Positions 19,881 through 29,663 are shown, counted from the first letter of the stretch. The stretch: 64,000 nucleotides of DNA from Akkermansiaceae bacterium (GCA_051251915.1 JBPOGF010000017.1:1-64000), one strand, 5' to 3'. Program-made: numbers and translations. The notes: a model not told the origin generated them from the letters alone.

Positions 19881-20819
19881 TTAGCTGAGAAATGTAGCGA
19901 TGGGGAAGCGTGAGATTCCCGAGATGTCTTGCTGGGTGCTGATGTCGCTGAAGCCAGCTTGTTTCATGAGTTGTTCTACTTCTAGGTGTTGGTGGATGCC
20001 GATTTCTAGCGCGATGCTTGCTTCGTTGTTGAGGTGATTTGGTATTTGTTGGAGGAAAACTTTGATAATGTCCAGCCCATCTTTCCCTCCATAGAGCGCT
20101 AGGTCTGGATCATGAGCTAGTTCTGGAGCTAGCAAGGGGCGATCGGTTTCTGGCACGTAGGGTAGGTTGGCAATGACTAAGTCATAGCTGTCTTCTACTC
20201 TTGAGAATAGGTTTGTGGTCAAAAATGTCACATTTTTAATTCCTAGTAGCTCACAATTTTCTTTCGCGAGGGTGAGGGCATCTTCTGAGATGTCTGCACA
20301 GGTGACTTCCACGCGCATGCCTAGTTCTGCGGCAAGGGTGATGCCTATGACGCCAGAGCCACATCCCATATCGAGTATTTTGAACTTAGGTTTTTCTTCG
20401 GGAGAAGATTCTTCGATGTTAGATGTTTCTGTTAAGTCAGGCTCGGTGACGTGAAAATCTATGGGGGTTGGGGTAGAGGTAAGTTTTTTGTTCGCTAGTT
20501 CGATGGCTATTTCTACTAGTTCCTCGGTTTCTGGACGTGGGATGAGTGCGCGGCCGTCTGTCTTGAACTCTCTACGGTAGAATTCTACGGTGCCTAAAAG
20601 ATGCTGGAGTGGTGTGCCTTCTCCGCGGAGTCTGAGTTTCTCGCGCAGTGGGACGAGATCGGTTTCGTTTAGTTGTTCGTCGAAGCGGGTGTAGAGCTGG
20701 ATTTTACTGCAGTCTAGCTGGTAGCAGATGAGGAGTTGCATGTTCCGGCGTGCGTCTTCAATGCCTTTTTTTTCAAGCCATTGAGTGCCGCCGTCGAGAG
20801 TTTCCAGGATGGTTTTCAT
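19881..20819 (-). CDS. prmC: Release factor glutamine methyltransferase
   Basis: PLQHLLG, ALIPRPETEELV, LDMGCGSG, ANLPY; directly downstream of prfA. Confidence 0.95.
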   Translation of the reverse strand: MKTILETLDGGTQWLEKKGIEDARRNMQLLICYQLDCSKIQLYTRFDEQLNETDLVPLREKLRLRGEGTPLQHLLGTVEFYRREFKTDGRALIPRPETEELVEIAIELANKKLTSTPTPIDFHVTEPDLTETSNIEESSPEEKPKFKILDMGCGSGVIGITLAAELGMRVEVTCADISEDALTLAKENCELLGIKNVTFLTTNLFSRVEDSYDLVIANLPYVPETDRPLLAPELAHDPDLALYGGKDGLDIIKVFLQQIPNHLNNEASIALEIGIHQHLEVEQLMKQAGFSDISTQQDISGISRFPIATFLS

Positions 20820-20825
20820 GGTGTG

Positions 20826-21902
20826 TTATGCCATGCCTGCTTCTTCGAGTCGCTGCTCCATCTCTGCTTTTTGCAGGTTATCTGTCATCTCACCTAGAGC
20901 TCCTGCGAGGATGCCTTCTAGGTTGTGTGAGGTGAAGTTGATACGGTGATCTGTTACGCGGGATTGAGGGAAGTTGTAGGTGCGGATTTTCTCTGAACGG
21001 TCACCGGATCCGATGAGGGATTTACGCTGCGCTGAGTATTTCTCGTTTTCCTCGCGGAGTTTGGCTTCGTAAAGTTTAGCGCGGAGAATCTGCATACCTA
21101 GCTCTCTGTTCTGAGTTTGGCTTCGGCCGTCCTGACATCTTACTTGAACGCCGGTGGGGATGTGAGTGATCTGGACGCAGGAGTCAGTGGTGTTGACGTG
21201 CTGTCCACCGGAGCCGCCTGAGCGTGTGGCTTGGATCTGGAGATCTTCTTTTTTGAGCTCGATATCTACCTCTTCTGCTTCTGGAAGGACGGCAACTGTG
21301 ATGGTGGAAGTGTGGATGCGGCCTTGGGTCTCAGTGGCTGGCACGCGTTGTACACGGTGCACGCCAGATTCATACTTTAGGAAACGGAATACTTCTTCTC
21401 CTGTGACTTTGAGGACTACTTCTTTGAATCCGCCTACGTCTGAAGGACTGCTTTCTAGGTATTCCATTTTCCAGCCTCTTGTGCTCACGTAGCGTTCATA
21501 CATTTTCATGACTTCGGCTACGAAAAGGCTGGCTTCATCTCCGCCTGCGCCTGCGCGGATTTCTACTAGGGCATCTCGGTCTTCTGATGGGTCACGAGGA
21601 AGGAGGGCATACTGGACGTCTTGCGCTAGGGTGATGATTCTGGATTCGAGTTCAGGGATTTCTTCCTGAGCCATTTCTACCATCTCAGCATCGTCTTCTT
21701 TGAGGAGTTCTTGGTTGTCCGCGAGATTTTGTTTGCAGCTTTGTAGTTCTTCCCACATTTCGAGCAGGCTTTTGAGTCTACCGTGCTCACGCATTGTCTC
21801 AGTAGCCTTTTTCTGGTCTGAGAAAAGATCTGGGTCAGAGATGGCGTGCTCCACCTCTACAAATCTCTGCTTTCGCATCTCTATTAACGGTCCGTAATCC
21901 AT
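20826..21902 (-). CDS. prfA: Peptide chain release factor 1
   Basis: EIRAGAGGDEA, RVQRVPATE (PxT), GGQHVN, RTYNFPQ; ATG 21902 preferred because it sits 6 nt from a -10 element. Confidence 0.98.
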   Translation of the reverse strand: MDYGPLIEMRKQRFVEVEHAISDPDLFSDQKKATETMREHGRLKSLLEMWEELQSCKQNLADNQELLKEDDAEMVEMAQEEIPELESRIITLAQDVQYALLPRDPSEDRDALVEIRAGAGGDEASLFVAEVMKMYERYVSTRGWKMEYLESSPSDVGGFKEVVLKVTGEEVFRFLKYESGVHRVQRVPATETQGRIHTSTITVAVLPEAEEVDIELKKEDLQIQATRSGGSGGQHVNTTDSCVQITHIPTGVQVRCQDGRSQTQNRELGMQILRAKLYEAKLREENEKYSAQRKSLIGSGDRSEKIRTYNFPQSRVTDHRINFTSHNLEGILAGALGEMTDNLQKAEMEQRLEEAGMA

Positions 21903-21937
21903 GGGCAGAGACTCCACGTTAGGGATTCAAGGTGCAA
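21903..21937 (-). promoter_or_regulatory. sigma70-like promoter, probably leaderless, for prfA-prmC-murA
   Basis: minus strand TTGCAC-17 nt-GAGTCT-6 nt-ATG. Confidence 0.5.
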
Positions 21938-22149
21938 GAATAAATTTAGTCTAACTAATAATTAGGGATGAGTGTTGATGTGGGTGATGCGGTGTCGCTA
22001 TTCGTTGGGGACGGCGAACTTAGGGTTCCGCTGCGTTAGAGATCTTAAATTACCGCAAAATAATAAAGGAGAGATTGTTCATCGGGTAGAGGGCTTTTTG
22101 GGGTGGACTCTAATGCGACGATTGATGTGATCTTTGAGGCGTTTTCTGG

Positions 22150-22557
22150 CTAGGTGGTGAATGCCTCAAGAGTTAGCTTTTTGAGTTCATTGGTTGCTTT
22201 GTTGCGCAGTTCTGTGATCGTGCTGTGTAGCGGACATTCTTCTTTCACTTCACACCAGCCTGGGCCCATTGGGCAATAGTCATCGTTGGTGGAATCTTTT
22301 TCAAATAGGCTGGTTATGTCATGTATGCTGATTTGATGGGGTGCGTGGGTTAGGAGGTAGCCGCCATTTTTTCCACGGGTGCCACGTACTAATCCGTGAC
22401 CGGATACGATGGTTAAGACTTTTGCTACAACAGGCTGAGGAATATTTACTGCGTTACTGATTTCTATGGAGCCGTGGCGGGTGCCATGTTTATGCTGTTT
22501 CGCTAGAAAGCTTAAGGATGCCAGCGCGCAGCGTGCAGTTTTGCCGTAGGAGTGCAT
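22150..22557 (-). CDS. Rrf2 family transcriptional regulator (three C-terminal Cys, likely Fe-S)
   Basis: IPQPVVAKVL...GLVRGTRGKNGGYLL; CPMGPGWC....ECPLH. Confidence 0.9.
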   Translation of the reverse strand: MHSYGKTARCALASLSFLAKQHKHGTRHGSIEISNAVNIPQPVVAKVLTIVSGHGLVRGTRGKNGGYLLTHAPHQISIHDITSLFEKDSTNDDYCPMGPGWCEVKEECPLHSTITELRNKATNELKKLTLEAFTT

Positions 22558-22592
22558 GGGTTAATGATATGGTCTCAAGTTTGTATTTGCAA
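22558..22592 (-). promoter_or_regulatory. sigma70-like promoter, probably leaderless, for the Rrf2 gene
   Basis: minus strand TTGCAA-17 nt-TATCAT-6 nt-ATG. Confidence 0.65.
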
Positions 22593-22737
22593 ACCGATTC
22601 CGCCTGCTGATTTCTATGCGATGCGTTCAAGTTTAGCAGGTGGGATAAGAAATATTTCACTAAGTTGAGTTTTCTTAGATGGCTAGTGGTGTAAATAGTG
22701 CTATACTACATTCAATCAAACCCAATTTTTATAAAAC

Positions 22738-23619
22738 ATGATCAAAAACCTACTTACTCTTCCTGCGCTCTGTATTTTATGTGCGGGTTCTGGGATGGCT
22801 CAGAAGAAGTCACCATTACAAGCAACTTATCTGCATCAGTTTGGTAATGACGATGCTAGTGCTGGCTCAGTCTCCATTGAGCGACTGGACCTGAGGGGTG
22901 GATTGCCGCTTATTAATAAGGAGGATAATCTATTGGCTATTGGATTTCGTTATGCATTGGATCGCTATGACTTCGATGGGACGACGGCAGATTGGGGGGC
23001 AGTTCATCATGTTAACTTGGGTCTAGCTTCGAGGTGGAAGGTGAATGAGGACTGGCTCTGGGCTAACTATGGTGTTGTGGGGTATTCTGCGGAGGAGGGC
23101 TCAGATAAAGATGATGGGCTCAATTTTAACTACATCAGTATTGCAGAATATAAGGTTAATGATCGGCTTACGATCGGTCCTGGTGTTGGTTTCTCAAGTA
23201 AGATAGATCAGGATATTAGTATTTTCCCTATTGTTTATATTGAGTGGGAGATCAATGATGAATGGTCTCTAGGGTCTGGTCCATCGGAGGTGGCGGCAGC
23301 GGGGGCGAATGTCTATTTAGAGTACACTCCTAAGGTGCTTCAGGATAAATGGATGTTTACTACGGGTTTTTATTATAGTGGGAGCACTTATAAGTTATCG
23401 AGTAATGCTACTACTGCTGACGGATCAGCTGAGGAGCGGTTGGCTTCAGTTTATGCTGCAGCGAGCTATACAATGGATAGCGGAGTTAAACTCAGTCTCA
23501 TTGGAGGTTATCATTTTTTCCAGAGTTATGGGATTTTTGATAATGGGGGGAATGAGTTATCCAAAGAAATCCTAGAGGACGCGCCTTATGTTGGGGTTTC
23601 TGTGGGGTTTGATTTTTAG
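22738..23619 (+). CDS. Outer-membrane beta-barrel protein (DUF6268-like)
   Basis: Signal peptide, alternating aromatic beta-strands, C-terminal YVGVSVGFDF. Confidence 0.75.
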   Translation: MIKNLLTLPALCILCAGSGMAQKKSPLQATYLHQFGNDDASAGSVSIERLDLRGGLPLINKEDNLLAIGFRYALDRYDFDGTTADWGAVHHVNLGLASRWKVNEDWLWANYGVVGYSAEEGSDKDDGLNFNYISIAEYKVNDRLTIGPGVGFSSKIDQDISIFPIVYIEWEINDEWSLGSGPSEVAAAGANVYLEYTPKVLQDKWMFTTGFYYSGSTYKLSSNATTADGSAEERLASVYAAASYTMDSGVKLSLIGGYHFFQSYGIFDNGGNELSKEILEDAPYVGVSVGFDF

Positions 23620-23642
23620 CGGGGCTAGAGGTAAGTTTTTAG

Positions 23643-24539
23643 TTAGAATGATTTTTGTTCTATGATACTGAGGGTGCTGGTGAGTGGGTTTTGGAGCGTA
23701 TGAACTAATTGCTCAGCAGCTTCTTTGGTCGCCAGTCCATTGATTACGAAATTTTTACCCAGGCTGTCAGCTGCTAGGGTGGCGTAATTTACCACTTGCC
23801 CATTGAGGACGGTGGCTATCATGTCGATGTTTTTGGTGAGAGTAGTGGTGAAGTCATGCATTTTTACTCCACCTGCGTCATTGAGTTCGATGTGAATTAA
23901 GGAGTGATCACGGGGGCTGACCCAAGCGGATTTGATATCTTTCTGGGTGAGTTCAGGTTTGGCGCGGATAAGGATTTGTGTGGTGGGAGTTTCGCCAGTA
24001 CTGTGGGTTGTTTCTGTATAGGGGAGGGTTATGTAGTCCTTGACGGTTTGTTCTTGTAATGAGACAGCGTTGGCAAGCTGGCGAGATTGACGATGTACTA
24101 AGTGGATACTAAGCTTGGCCTTCGTTGTTAATGAATCGATCACTTCACTGATGTGCTCTGGATCTTGGCTATCTATAAACAGGTCGATGAATTCTTTGTT
24201 GGGAATGACGCCAACTTTATATGGAGTGTGGGAAAATTTCGTTTTTAGGATCTGGGCGCAAAATATAGCTTGTTCTTCTGGATTGTCTGTAGCGTCGTCT
24301 GGGGTGATGCTGACCTTCAAGTATGTGCCGCTAGTGGTAGGCGGGGATGATGGCGAGGTCGGGGATGTGGTTGTAGCTGGTATGTAAACTGTTTGGGTTT
24401 GTTTATTAGTGAGGAGGAACATGGAAAATACTACGACGGCGAGGAGTGCGAATATGGCAGTGGCTATGACGGTGACTTGGTTTGATGATCTTTTGTCGCT
24501 GGCTCTGTTGTCTTCGGTGGGTGTTGATTGATTTTCCAT
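23643..24539 (-). CDS. Membrane-anchored protein with SecD/SecDF P1-head-like domain (no C-terminal TM bundle)
   Basis: One N-terminal TM; PELTQKDIKSAWV...IHIELNDAGG.KMHDFT...IATVLNGQVV...INGL....AEQL...LQNPL. Confidence 0.65.
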   Translation of the reverse strand: MENQSTPTEDNRASDKRSSNQVTVIATAIFALLAVVVFSMFLLTNKQTQTVYIPATTTSPTSPSSPPTTSGTYLKVSITPDDATDNPEEQAIFCAQILKTKFSHTPYKVGVIPNKEFIDLFIDSQDPEHISEVIDSLTTKAKLSIHLVHRQSRQLANAVSLQEQTVKDYITLPYTETTHSTGETPTTQILIRAKPELTQKDIKSAWVSPRDHSLIHIELNDAGGVKMHDFTTTLTKNIDMIATVLNGQVVNYATLAADSLGKNFVINGLATKEAAEQLVHTLQNPLTSTLSIIEQKSF

Positions 24540-24727
24540 AGTGGGCTGATATTTTATAAATTTCTAGCAGAGATTCAAAAAAAACCAAATAATTTAGCGA
24601 TTTCACTTGTAGAATTGGCTCATGTGGGTTACGTCCCGCGTCCGCCTGAGGTGTGTTACTATGATTTCACCGAAGGATCGCGCTTAAGCTAGCATTAAAT
24701 ATAACATTTAAGCTGACCCGCAAAATT

Positions 24728-25297
24728 ATGAAACCAACCATGCAAACATACTACGAGGATACAGTCCGCGCAGCTCTTACTAAGGAGCTCGGCTGCACCA
24801 ATCCTCATCAGGTGCCCGCACTAGAGAAGATCGTTGTGACCACACATTGTGGCAAAGCGACTGATCGCAAGCAGGCAGTCGAAGACTCCGTAGAGGAGAT
24901 CGCTAAAATCACCGGACAGAAGCCATCTGTATCTTACGCTCGTAAGTCAGTAGCTAACTTCAAAGTTCGTGAAGGAGAAGCAGTAGGAGCCCGTGTTACC
25001 CTTCGTGGTAATACAATGTGGGAATTCCTCGATCGCTTCATTCATGTCACCGCTCCAAATATTCGCGATTTTCGCGGTATTTCATCAAAGAGTTTTGACG
25101 GTAACGGAAACTACGCTGTAGGTATCCCCGACCAGTCAATTTTCCCAGAAGTTGAGCTAGATCAGATCAAACGTGAGATTGGTTTCGACCTTATCTTCGT
25201 GACTTCTGCATCTACTGATGATGCAGGACGCGCACTTATGCGTGCTCTTGGAATGCCTTTCCGTGATAACAAGAAGGAAGAAGATTCCGCAGCTTAA
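24728..25297 (+). CDS. rplE: 50S ribosomal protein L5
   Basis: ITGQKP...ARKSVANFKVREG...VTLRG, IRDFRG, FDGNGNY. Confidence 0.99.
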   Translation: MKPTMQTYYEDTVRAALTKELGCTNPHQVPALEKIVVTTHCGKATDRKQAVEDSVEEIAKITGQKPSVSYARKSVANFKVREGEAVGARVTLRGNTMWEFLDRFIHVTAPNIRDFRGISSKSFDGNGNYAVGIPDQSIFPEVELDQIKREIGFDLIFVTSASTDDAGRALMRALGMPFRDNKKEEDSAA

Positions 25298-25340
25298 TCG
25301 CTTCACATTTAACAATTTAATTTAGAAAAGGATAAATATT

Positions 25341-25742
25341 ATGGCAGTACTTAGTGACCCTATATCCGATTTCCTTACACGCTTGAAGAACGCTTCAAAC
25401 GCAGGTAACGAATCATTCACAGCTCCATTCTCAAAGATGAAGGCGGAAATCGCCCGTATTCTTCAGGAAGAAGGCTACATTTGGAACTACGAGACCAAGA
25501 CTGAGGGGCAATTCCCTGAGATCGAGGTAAAGGTAAAATACTCAGACGCGGGAGAAGCAGTGCTTCATAACGTGAAGAGAGTATCTAAGCCAGGTCTTCG
25601 TCAGTATGTTGGAGCGGACGAAATGCCGCGTGTTCTCAGCGGACTTGGTATCGCGATCATCTCTACTTCAAAAGGATTGATGACCGGTCAGAAAGCTCGT
25701 AAAGCAAAACTTGGCGGAGAAGTTCTCGCTAACGTTTGGTAG
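25341..25742 (+). CDS. rpsH: 30S ribosomal protein S8
   Basis: DPISDFLTRLKNA, RVSKPGLRQY, GIAIISTSKG. Confidence 0.99.
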   Translation: MAVLSDPISDFLTRLKNASNAGNESFTAPFSKMKAEIARILQEEGYIWNYETKTEGQFPEIEVKVKYSDAGEAVLHNVKRVSKPGLRQYVGADEMPRVLSGLGIAIISTSKGLMTGQKARKAKLGGEVLANVW

Positions 25743-25775
25743 TAAATCATTTAATCAAATAAAGGAGATAATAAT

Positions 25776-26315
25776 ATGTCAAGAGTAGGATTAAAATCAA
25801 TCACGCTACCAGAAAAAGTCACTGTATCCGATAAGGGCGGTAACATCACTGTAGAGGGACCTAAGGGCAAGTTGGATTTCCAGCTTCCAGTCGGCATCAC
25901 TCTTTCACAGGAAGATGGAACTGTTTCAGTGAATAGAGCTACTGAAGGACGTGCTCACAGAGCGCTTCACGGCACAGCACGTAGCCTTATTAACAACATG
26001 ATCATTGGTGTTACAGAAGGTTATGTTAAGGATCTAGAAATTCTCGGAGTTGGTTTTCGTGCAGCGGTAAAAGGAGCAATCCTTGACCTCAGCCTCGGTA
26101 AATCACACCCAATCCTTCACCCAATCCCATCAGGGTTGACAGTAACAGTTGCTGACAACACTAAGGTAAAGGTTGAAGGAATCGATAAGCAGGAAGTAGG
26201 ACAATTTGCCGCTGAGGTGCGTTCCTACTATAAGCCGGAGCCTTATAAGGGTAAAGGTGTCCGTTATGTTGGCGAATACGTTCGTCGTAAGGCAGGTAAG
26301 TCTGTTGGTAAATAA
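25776..26315 (+). CDS. rplF: 50S ribosomal protein L6
   Basis: MSRVG, VEGPKG, PEPYKGKGVRY. Confidence 0.99.
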   Translation: MSRVGLKSITLPEKVTVSDKGGNITVEGPKGKLDFQLPVGITLSQEDGTVSVNRATEGRAHRALHGTARSLINNMIIGVTEGYVKDLEILGVGFRAAVKGAILDLSLGKSHPILHPIPSGLTVTVADNTKVKVEGIDKQEVGQFAAEVRSYYKPEPYKGKGVRYVGEYVRRKAGKSVGK

Positions 26316-26361
26316 ACCAAGGCATTCCATTACAATTTAATCTCAAACTGAAAATCAGAAA

Positions 26362-26718
26362 ATGAGCACACTCAATCGTAAGAAAGTCCGCCAGCGTATT
26401 CACCGCCGTATCAGAAAGAAACTTTCTGGAACAGCTGAACGTCCACGCCTAGCGGTTAACTATTCAAATCAACACGTCTATGCGCAAGTTATTGACGATG
26501 TTACTGGAACCACACTCTGTGCGGCATCTAGTTTAGACAAGTCCATCGAAAAAGGATCATCCAATGCGGCAACAGCAGCTAAGGTAGGATCACTTATCGC
26601 GGAAAAAGCAAAAGGTAAGAACATCGAAGCAGTCGTTTTCGACCGTGGTGGTCATCTTTTCCACGGAAAAATCAAATCACTTGCTGATGCAGCCCGTGAA
26701 GCAGGACTTAACTTCTAA
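26362..26718 (+). CDS. rplR: 50S ribosomal protein L18
   Basis: [33 protein letters not shown]. Confidence 0.99.
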   Translation: MSTLNRKKVRQRIHRRIRKKLSGTAERPRLAVNYSNQHVYAQVIDDVTGTTLCAASSLDKSIEKGSSNAATAAKVGSLIAEKAKGKNIEAVVFDRGGHLFHGKIKSLADAAREAGLNF

Positions 26719-26732
26719 TCAATCACGAAACA

Positions 26733-27428
26733 ATGTCTGAAAATAAAGAAAATACTCCAGCAGAAGTAAAGCCAGCAGCTGAGGCAACTCCAGCGGCGGC
26801 AGCTCCTGCTACACCAGCAGCAGCTACTCCGGCAGCAAACGAGCGTCCACAACGTGGCGGTCGCGGCGGCCAGGGTGGACAAGGCGGAAGAGGCGGACGC
26901 AAAGAGCGCCCACCACGCCAAGCACCAGCTAAGCCACAGACCGAAGACGGTGTGGAGCTTACTGAAAAAGTCGTATTCATTAACCGATGCGCTAAAGTAG
27001 TAAAAGGTGGACGTCGCTTCAGCTTCTCTGCTCTCCTAGTATCTGGCACAGGCGAAGGCCGTGTTGGTGTAGGATTTGGTAAAGCAAACGAAGTTGCAGA
27101 ATGTATCCGTAAGGCTAGCATCGACTCACGTCGTCAGCTTCACCGCATCTCACTCGTCGATAACAGAACAATCCCACATGAAACTTATGCTGAGCATGGT
27201 GGTGGTAAGGTTCTCTTGAAGCCAGCTGTAGAGGGAACAGGAGTCATCGCCGGTGGTGGTGTGCGTGCTGTTTGTGAAGCAGTAGGTATCAAGGATGTTC
27301 TCGCTAAGTCACTCGGCTCTAATAACCACGCGAACGTTGTGAAAGCAACAGTTGAGGCTCTCAAGACTCTCCGCACTCGCGAGCAGGTTCTTAAGTCACG
27401 CGGTCTCTACAAAGAGAAAGCACTCTAA
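26733..27428 (+). CDS. rpsE: 30S ribosomal protein S5 (Ala/Pro- and RGG-rich N-terminal extension)
   Basis: [36 protein letters not shown]. Confidence 0.99.
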   Translation: MSENKENTPAEVKPAAEATPAAAAPATPAAATPAANERPQRGGRGGQGGQGGRGGRKERPPRQAPAKPQTEDGVELTEKVVFINRCAKVVKGGRRFSFSALLVSGTGEGRVGVGFGKANEVAECIRKASIDSRRQLHRISLVDNRTIPHETYAEHGGGKVLLKPAVEGTGVIAGGGVRAVCEAVGIKDVLAKSLGSNNHANVVKATVEALKTLRTREQVLKSRGLYKEKAL

Positions 27429-27452
27429 TCATCAACTATAGAAATCAATATT

Positions 27453-27893
27453 ATGAATCTTCATTCAATGAAGCCTAACAAAGGGGCTACACACAAGATC
27501 AAGCGTCTTGGTAAAGGTGAAAGCTCTGGTCAAGGTAAGACAGCAGGTAAAGGTCACAAGGGTCAAAAGGCTCGTTCTGGTAGCGGCGTTCGCGTCGGCT
27601 TCGAGGGTGGTCAGATGCCAATTCACCGTCGTCTACCGAAACGTGGCTTCAACAACGTTCGCTTTGCGGACAAAGTTGTCGTAGTTAACACAGCCCACCT
27701 CGAGAAGTTCTTCGAAGAAGGAGCAACAGTTAACGAAGAGACACTCCGTGAGAGAGGCCTTGTCAAAGGTGCTTTTGATCAGATCAAAGTGCTCGGAAAC
27801 GGTAACCTAAATAAGAAACTCACAGTCAATGTATGCGCAGTATCTGCGGGTGCTAAGACTAAGATCGAAGCAGCAGGCGGAACAATTTCTTAA
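27453..27893 (+). CDS. rplO: 50S ribosomal protein L15
   Basis: GKGHKGQKARSG, FEGGQMPIHRRLPKRGF. Confidence 0.99.
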   Translation: MNLHSMKPNKGATHKIKRLGKGESSGQGKTAGKGHKGQKARSGSGVRVGFEGGQMPIHRRLPKRGFNNVRFADKVVVVNTAHLEKFFEEGATVNEETLRERGLVKGAFDQIKVLGNGNLNKKLTVNVCAVSAGAKTKIEAAGGTIS

Positions 27894-28059
27894 TTGTCCA
27901 CCAACTGACTCGAACAAAATTCCAAGTATCCTGCGCTAGTATAGACTACTAGCGAGGATACTTTTGCCACTTTTTGGTAAGGAGGTGCAGCGATAATGGT
28001 TGCGCTTCCTTGCTGGTTTATTACAAAACGTCCGAACAATTTCACATAGATAAAAAATA

Positions 28060-29574
28060 ATGATCTCCGCTTTTGCGAATACATGGAAAGTAGCTGAACT
28101 ACGTGAACGAATCATCTTCACATTGGTGATGATCGTCGTAGTCCGACTTGGTGTTTACATCACGATGCCTGGTATCGACTCCAACGTCATCAACCAATAC
28201 ACAGAATTTAAAGAAGCTCAGGGTTCGACTGGGGATGGAAACATTCTCAACACCATGATCACGATCTTCTCAGGAGGAGGACTCCAACAGCTCGGTATTT
28301 TCGCGCTCGGTATCATGCCTTACATCTCGGCATCGATCTTGATGCAGTTGATGACAGCGGTTGTGCCTAAACTATCTCGTCTTTCAAGAGAAGACGGTGG
28401 ACGCCAGAAGATTAACCAATATACGAGGTTCATCACTATCCTTATTGCGGTGGTTCAGGGTGGATTCCTTGCTAATCAAGTTTATACTAAGCCTCAGACT
28501 CTACCGTTCTTCAATGGTATTGAGCAATTTAGCTCGGTTGTATCTGCTGATTACTCACATTTTGCATTCGTCACAATCTTTACTCTCACCATCGTCACGG
28601 GAACATTGCTTCTTATGTGGATCGGTGACCAGATGACTGAAAATGGTATCGGAAACGGAACCTCTATCATCATTACGATCAACATCATTTCCTCACTCCC
28701 ATCAGCTCTCGCTGTTCTTTGGAGTTCACTCATCGTAGGTGGTGGAACTGGTGGAGCGATCTTCGCGGTTGGATTATTTGCCTTCCTTATCTTTATTATC
28801 GCGGCAACAATCGCCCTTACTCAGGCTCAGCGCAGAATCGCTATTCAGTATGCTAAACGCACACAGGGCAGAAAGCAGACTGGTGGAAACACACAGTATC
28901 TACCACTGAAGATTAACTACGCTAACGTGATGCCGATCATTTTCGCAACAGCGATTCTCGGAATCCCGACTGCACTTGCACAGATGATCTCTGGCGGAGC
29001 GGATTGGGCTAACACGATCAGTGCTATTTTATCACCAATTGATATTTGGTATTACCTCATCGCAGGAGCAATGATCTTCTTCTTCTCATATTTCTGGGTA
29101 GCGACTATGTTCAACCCATCAGAAATCTCAGAGAATCTGAAGCGTGGTGGTGGTTACATCCCTGGAATCAGACCTGGCCAGCCTACGGCTAAGTTCCTCG
29201 ACTTCACGATGACTCGCCTCACATTTGCGGGTGCTATCTTCCTTACTATCATCTTTATTCTTCCTTACATCATTTCTCAGATGCCCCGTGGTATCATTGG
29301 TGGCCCTCTTGATCCGCTTGTGACTGGATTCTTTGGTGGAACAAGTCTTCTCATTATGGTTGGTGTGATCCTCGATGTGATGCGCCAAGTTGAGACCCAT
29401 CTTCTTCAGAAGAACTACGATGGTTTCCTTAGAAAAGGAAAAATCAAAGGACGTCAAGAGCGCAAGCAACTCAATGCAGCGAACAAGTCTAGCAACAACA
29501 TGATCTACCTAATGGTTGTCATCGCGATCCTCTTCATTCTAGGGATCGTAGCAATGACTATCCAAGGAAACTAG
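28060..29574 (+). CDS. secY: Preprotein translocase subunit SecY
   Basis: IFALGIMPYISASI, GIGNGTS, YIPGIRPG, FFGGTSLLI. Confidence 0.99.
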   Translation: MISAFANTWKVAELRERIIFTLVMIVVVRLGVYITMPGIDSNVINQYTEFKEAQGSTGDGNILNTMITIFSGGGLQQLGIFALGIMPYISASILMQLMTAVVPKLSRLSREDGGRQKINQYTRFITILIAVVQGGFLANQVYTKPQTLPFFNGIEQFSSVVSADYSHFAFVTIFTLTIVTGTLLLMWIGDQMTENGIGNGTSIIITINIISSLPSALAVLWSSLIVGGGTGGAIFAVGLFAFLIFIIAATIALTQAQRRIAIQYAKRTQGRKQTGGNTQYLPLKINYANVMPIIFATAILGIPTALAQMISGGADWANTISAILSPIDIWYYLIAGAMIFFFSYFWVATMFNPSEISENLKRGGGYIPGIRPGQPTAKFLDFTMTRLTFAGAIFLTIIFILPYIISQMPRGIIGGPLDPLVTGFFGGTSLLIMVGVILDVMRQVETHLLQKNYDGFLRKGKIKGRQERKQLNAANKSSNNMIYLMVVIAILFILGIVAMTIQGN

Positions 29575-29606
29575 ACGATCGACTATACAAAACAGATTCA
29601 TTTAAA

Positions 29607-29645
29607 AGTGGTCGACCCAGCGATGGTTCGACCACTGATTTTTTA
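29607..29645 (+). terminator. hairpin with T-run after secY (terminator or mRNA-stabilising stem)
   Basis: AGTGGTCGAcCCA-GCGA-TGGtTCGACCACT followed by GATTTTTT. Confidence 0.55.
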
Positions 29646-29663
29646 AACAATTAACCAAAACAG

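Noticed and set aside
21938..22149. 210-nt gap between prfA and Rrf2 as an ncRNA or small ORF (MNNLSFIILR*)
   Set aside because: No recognisable RNA family, strong stem or translation signal.
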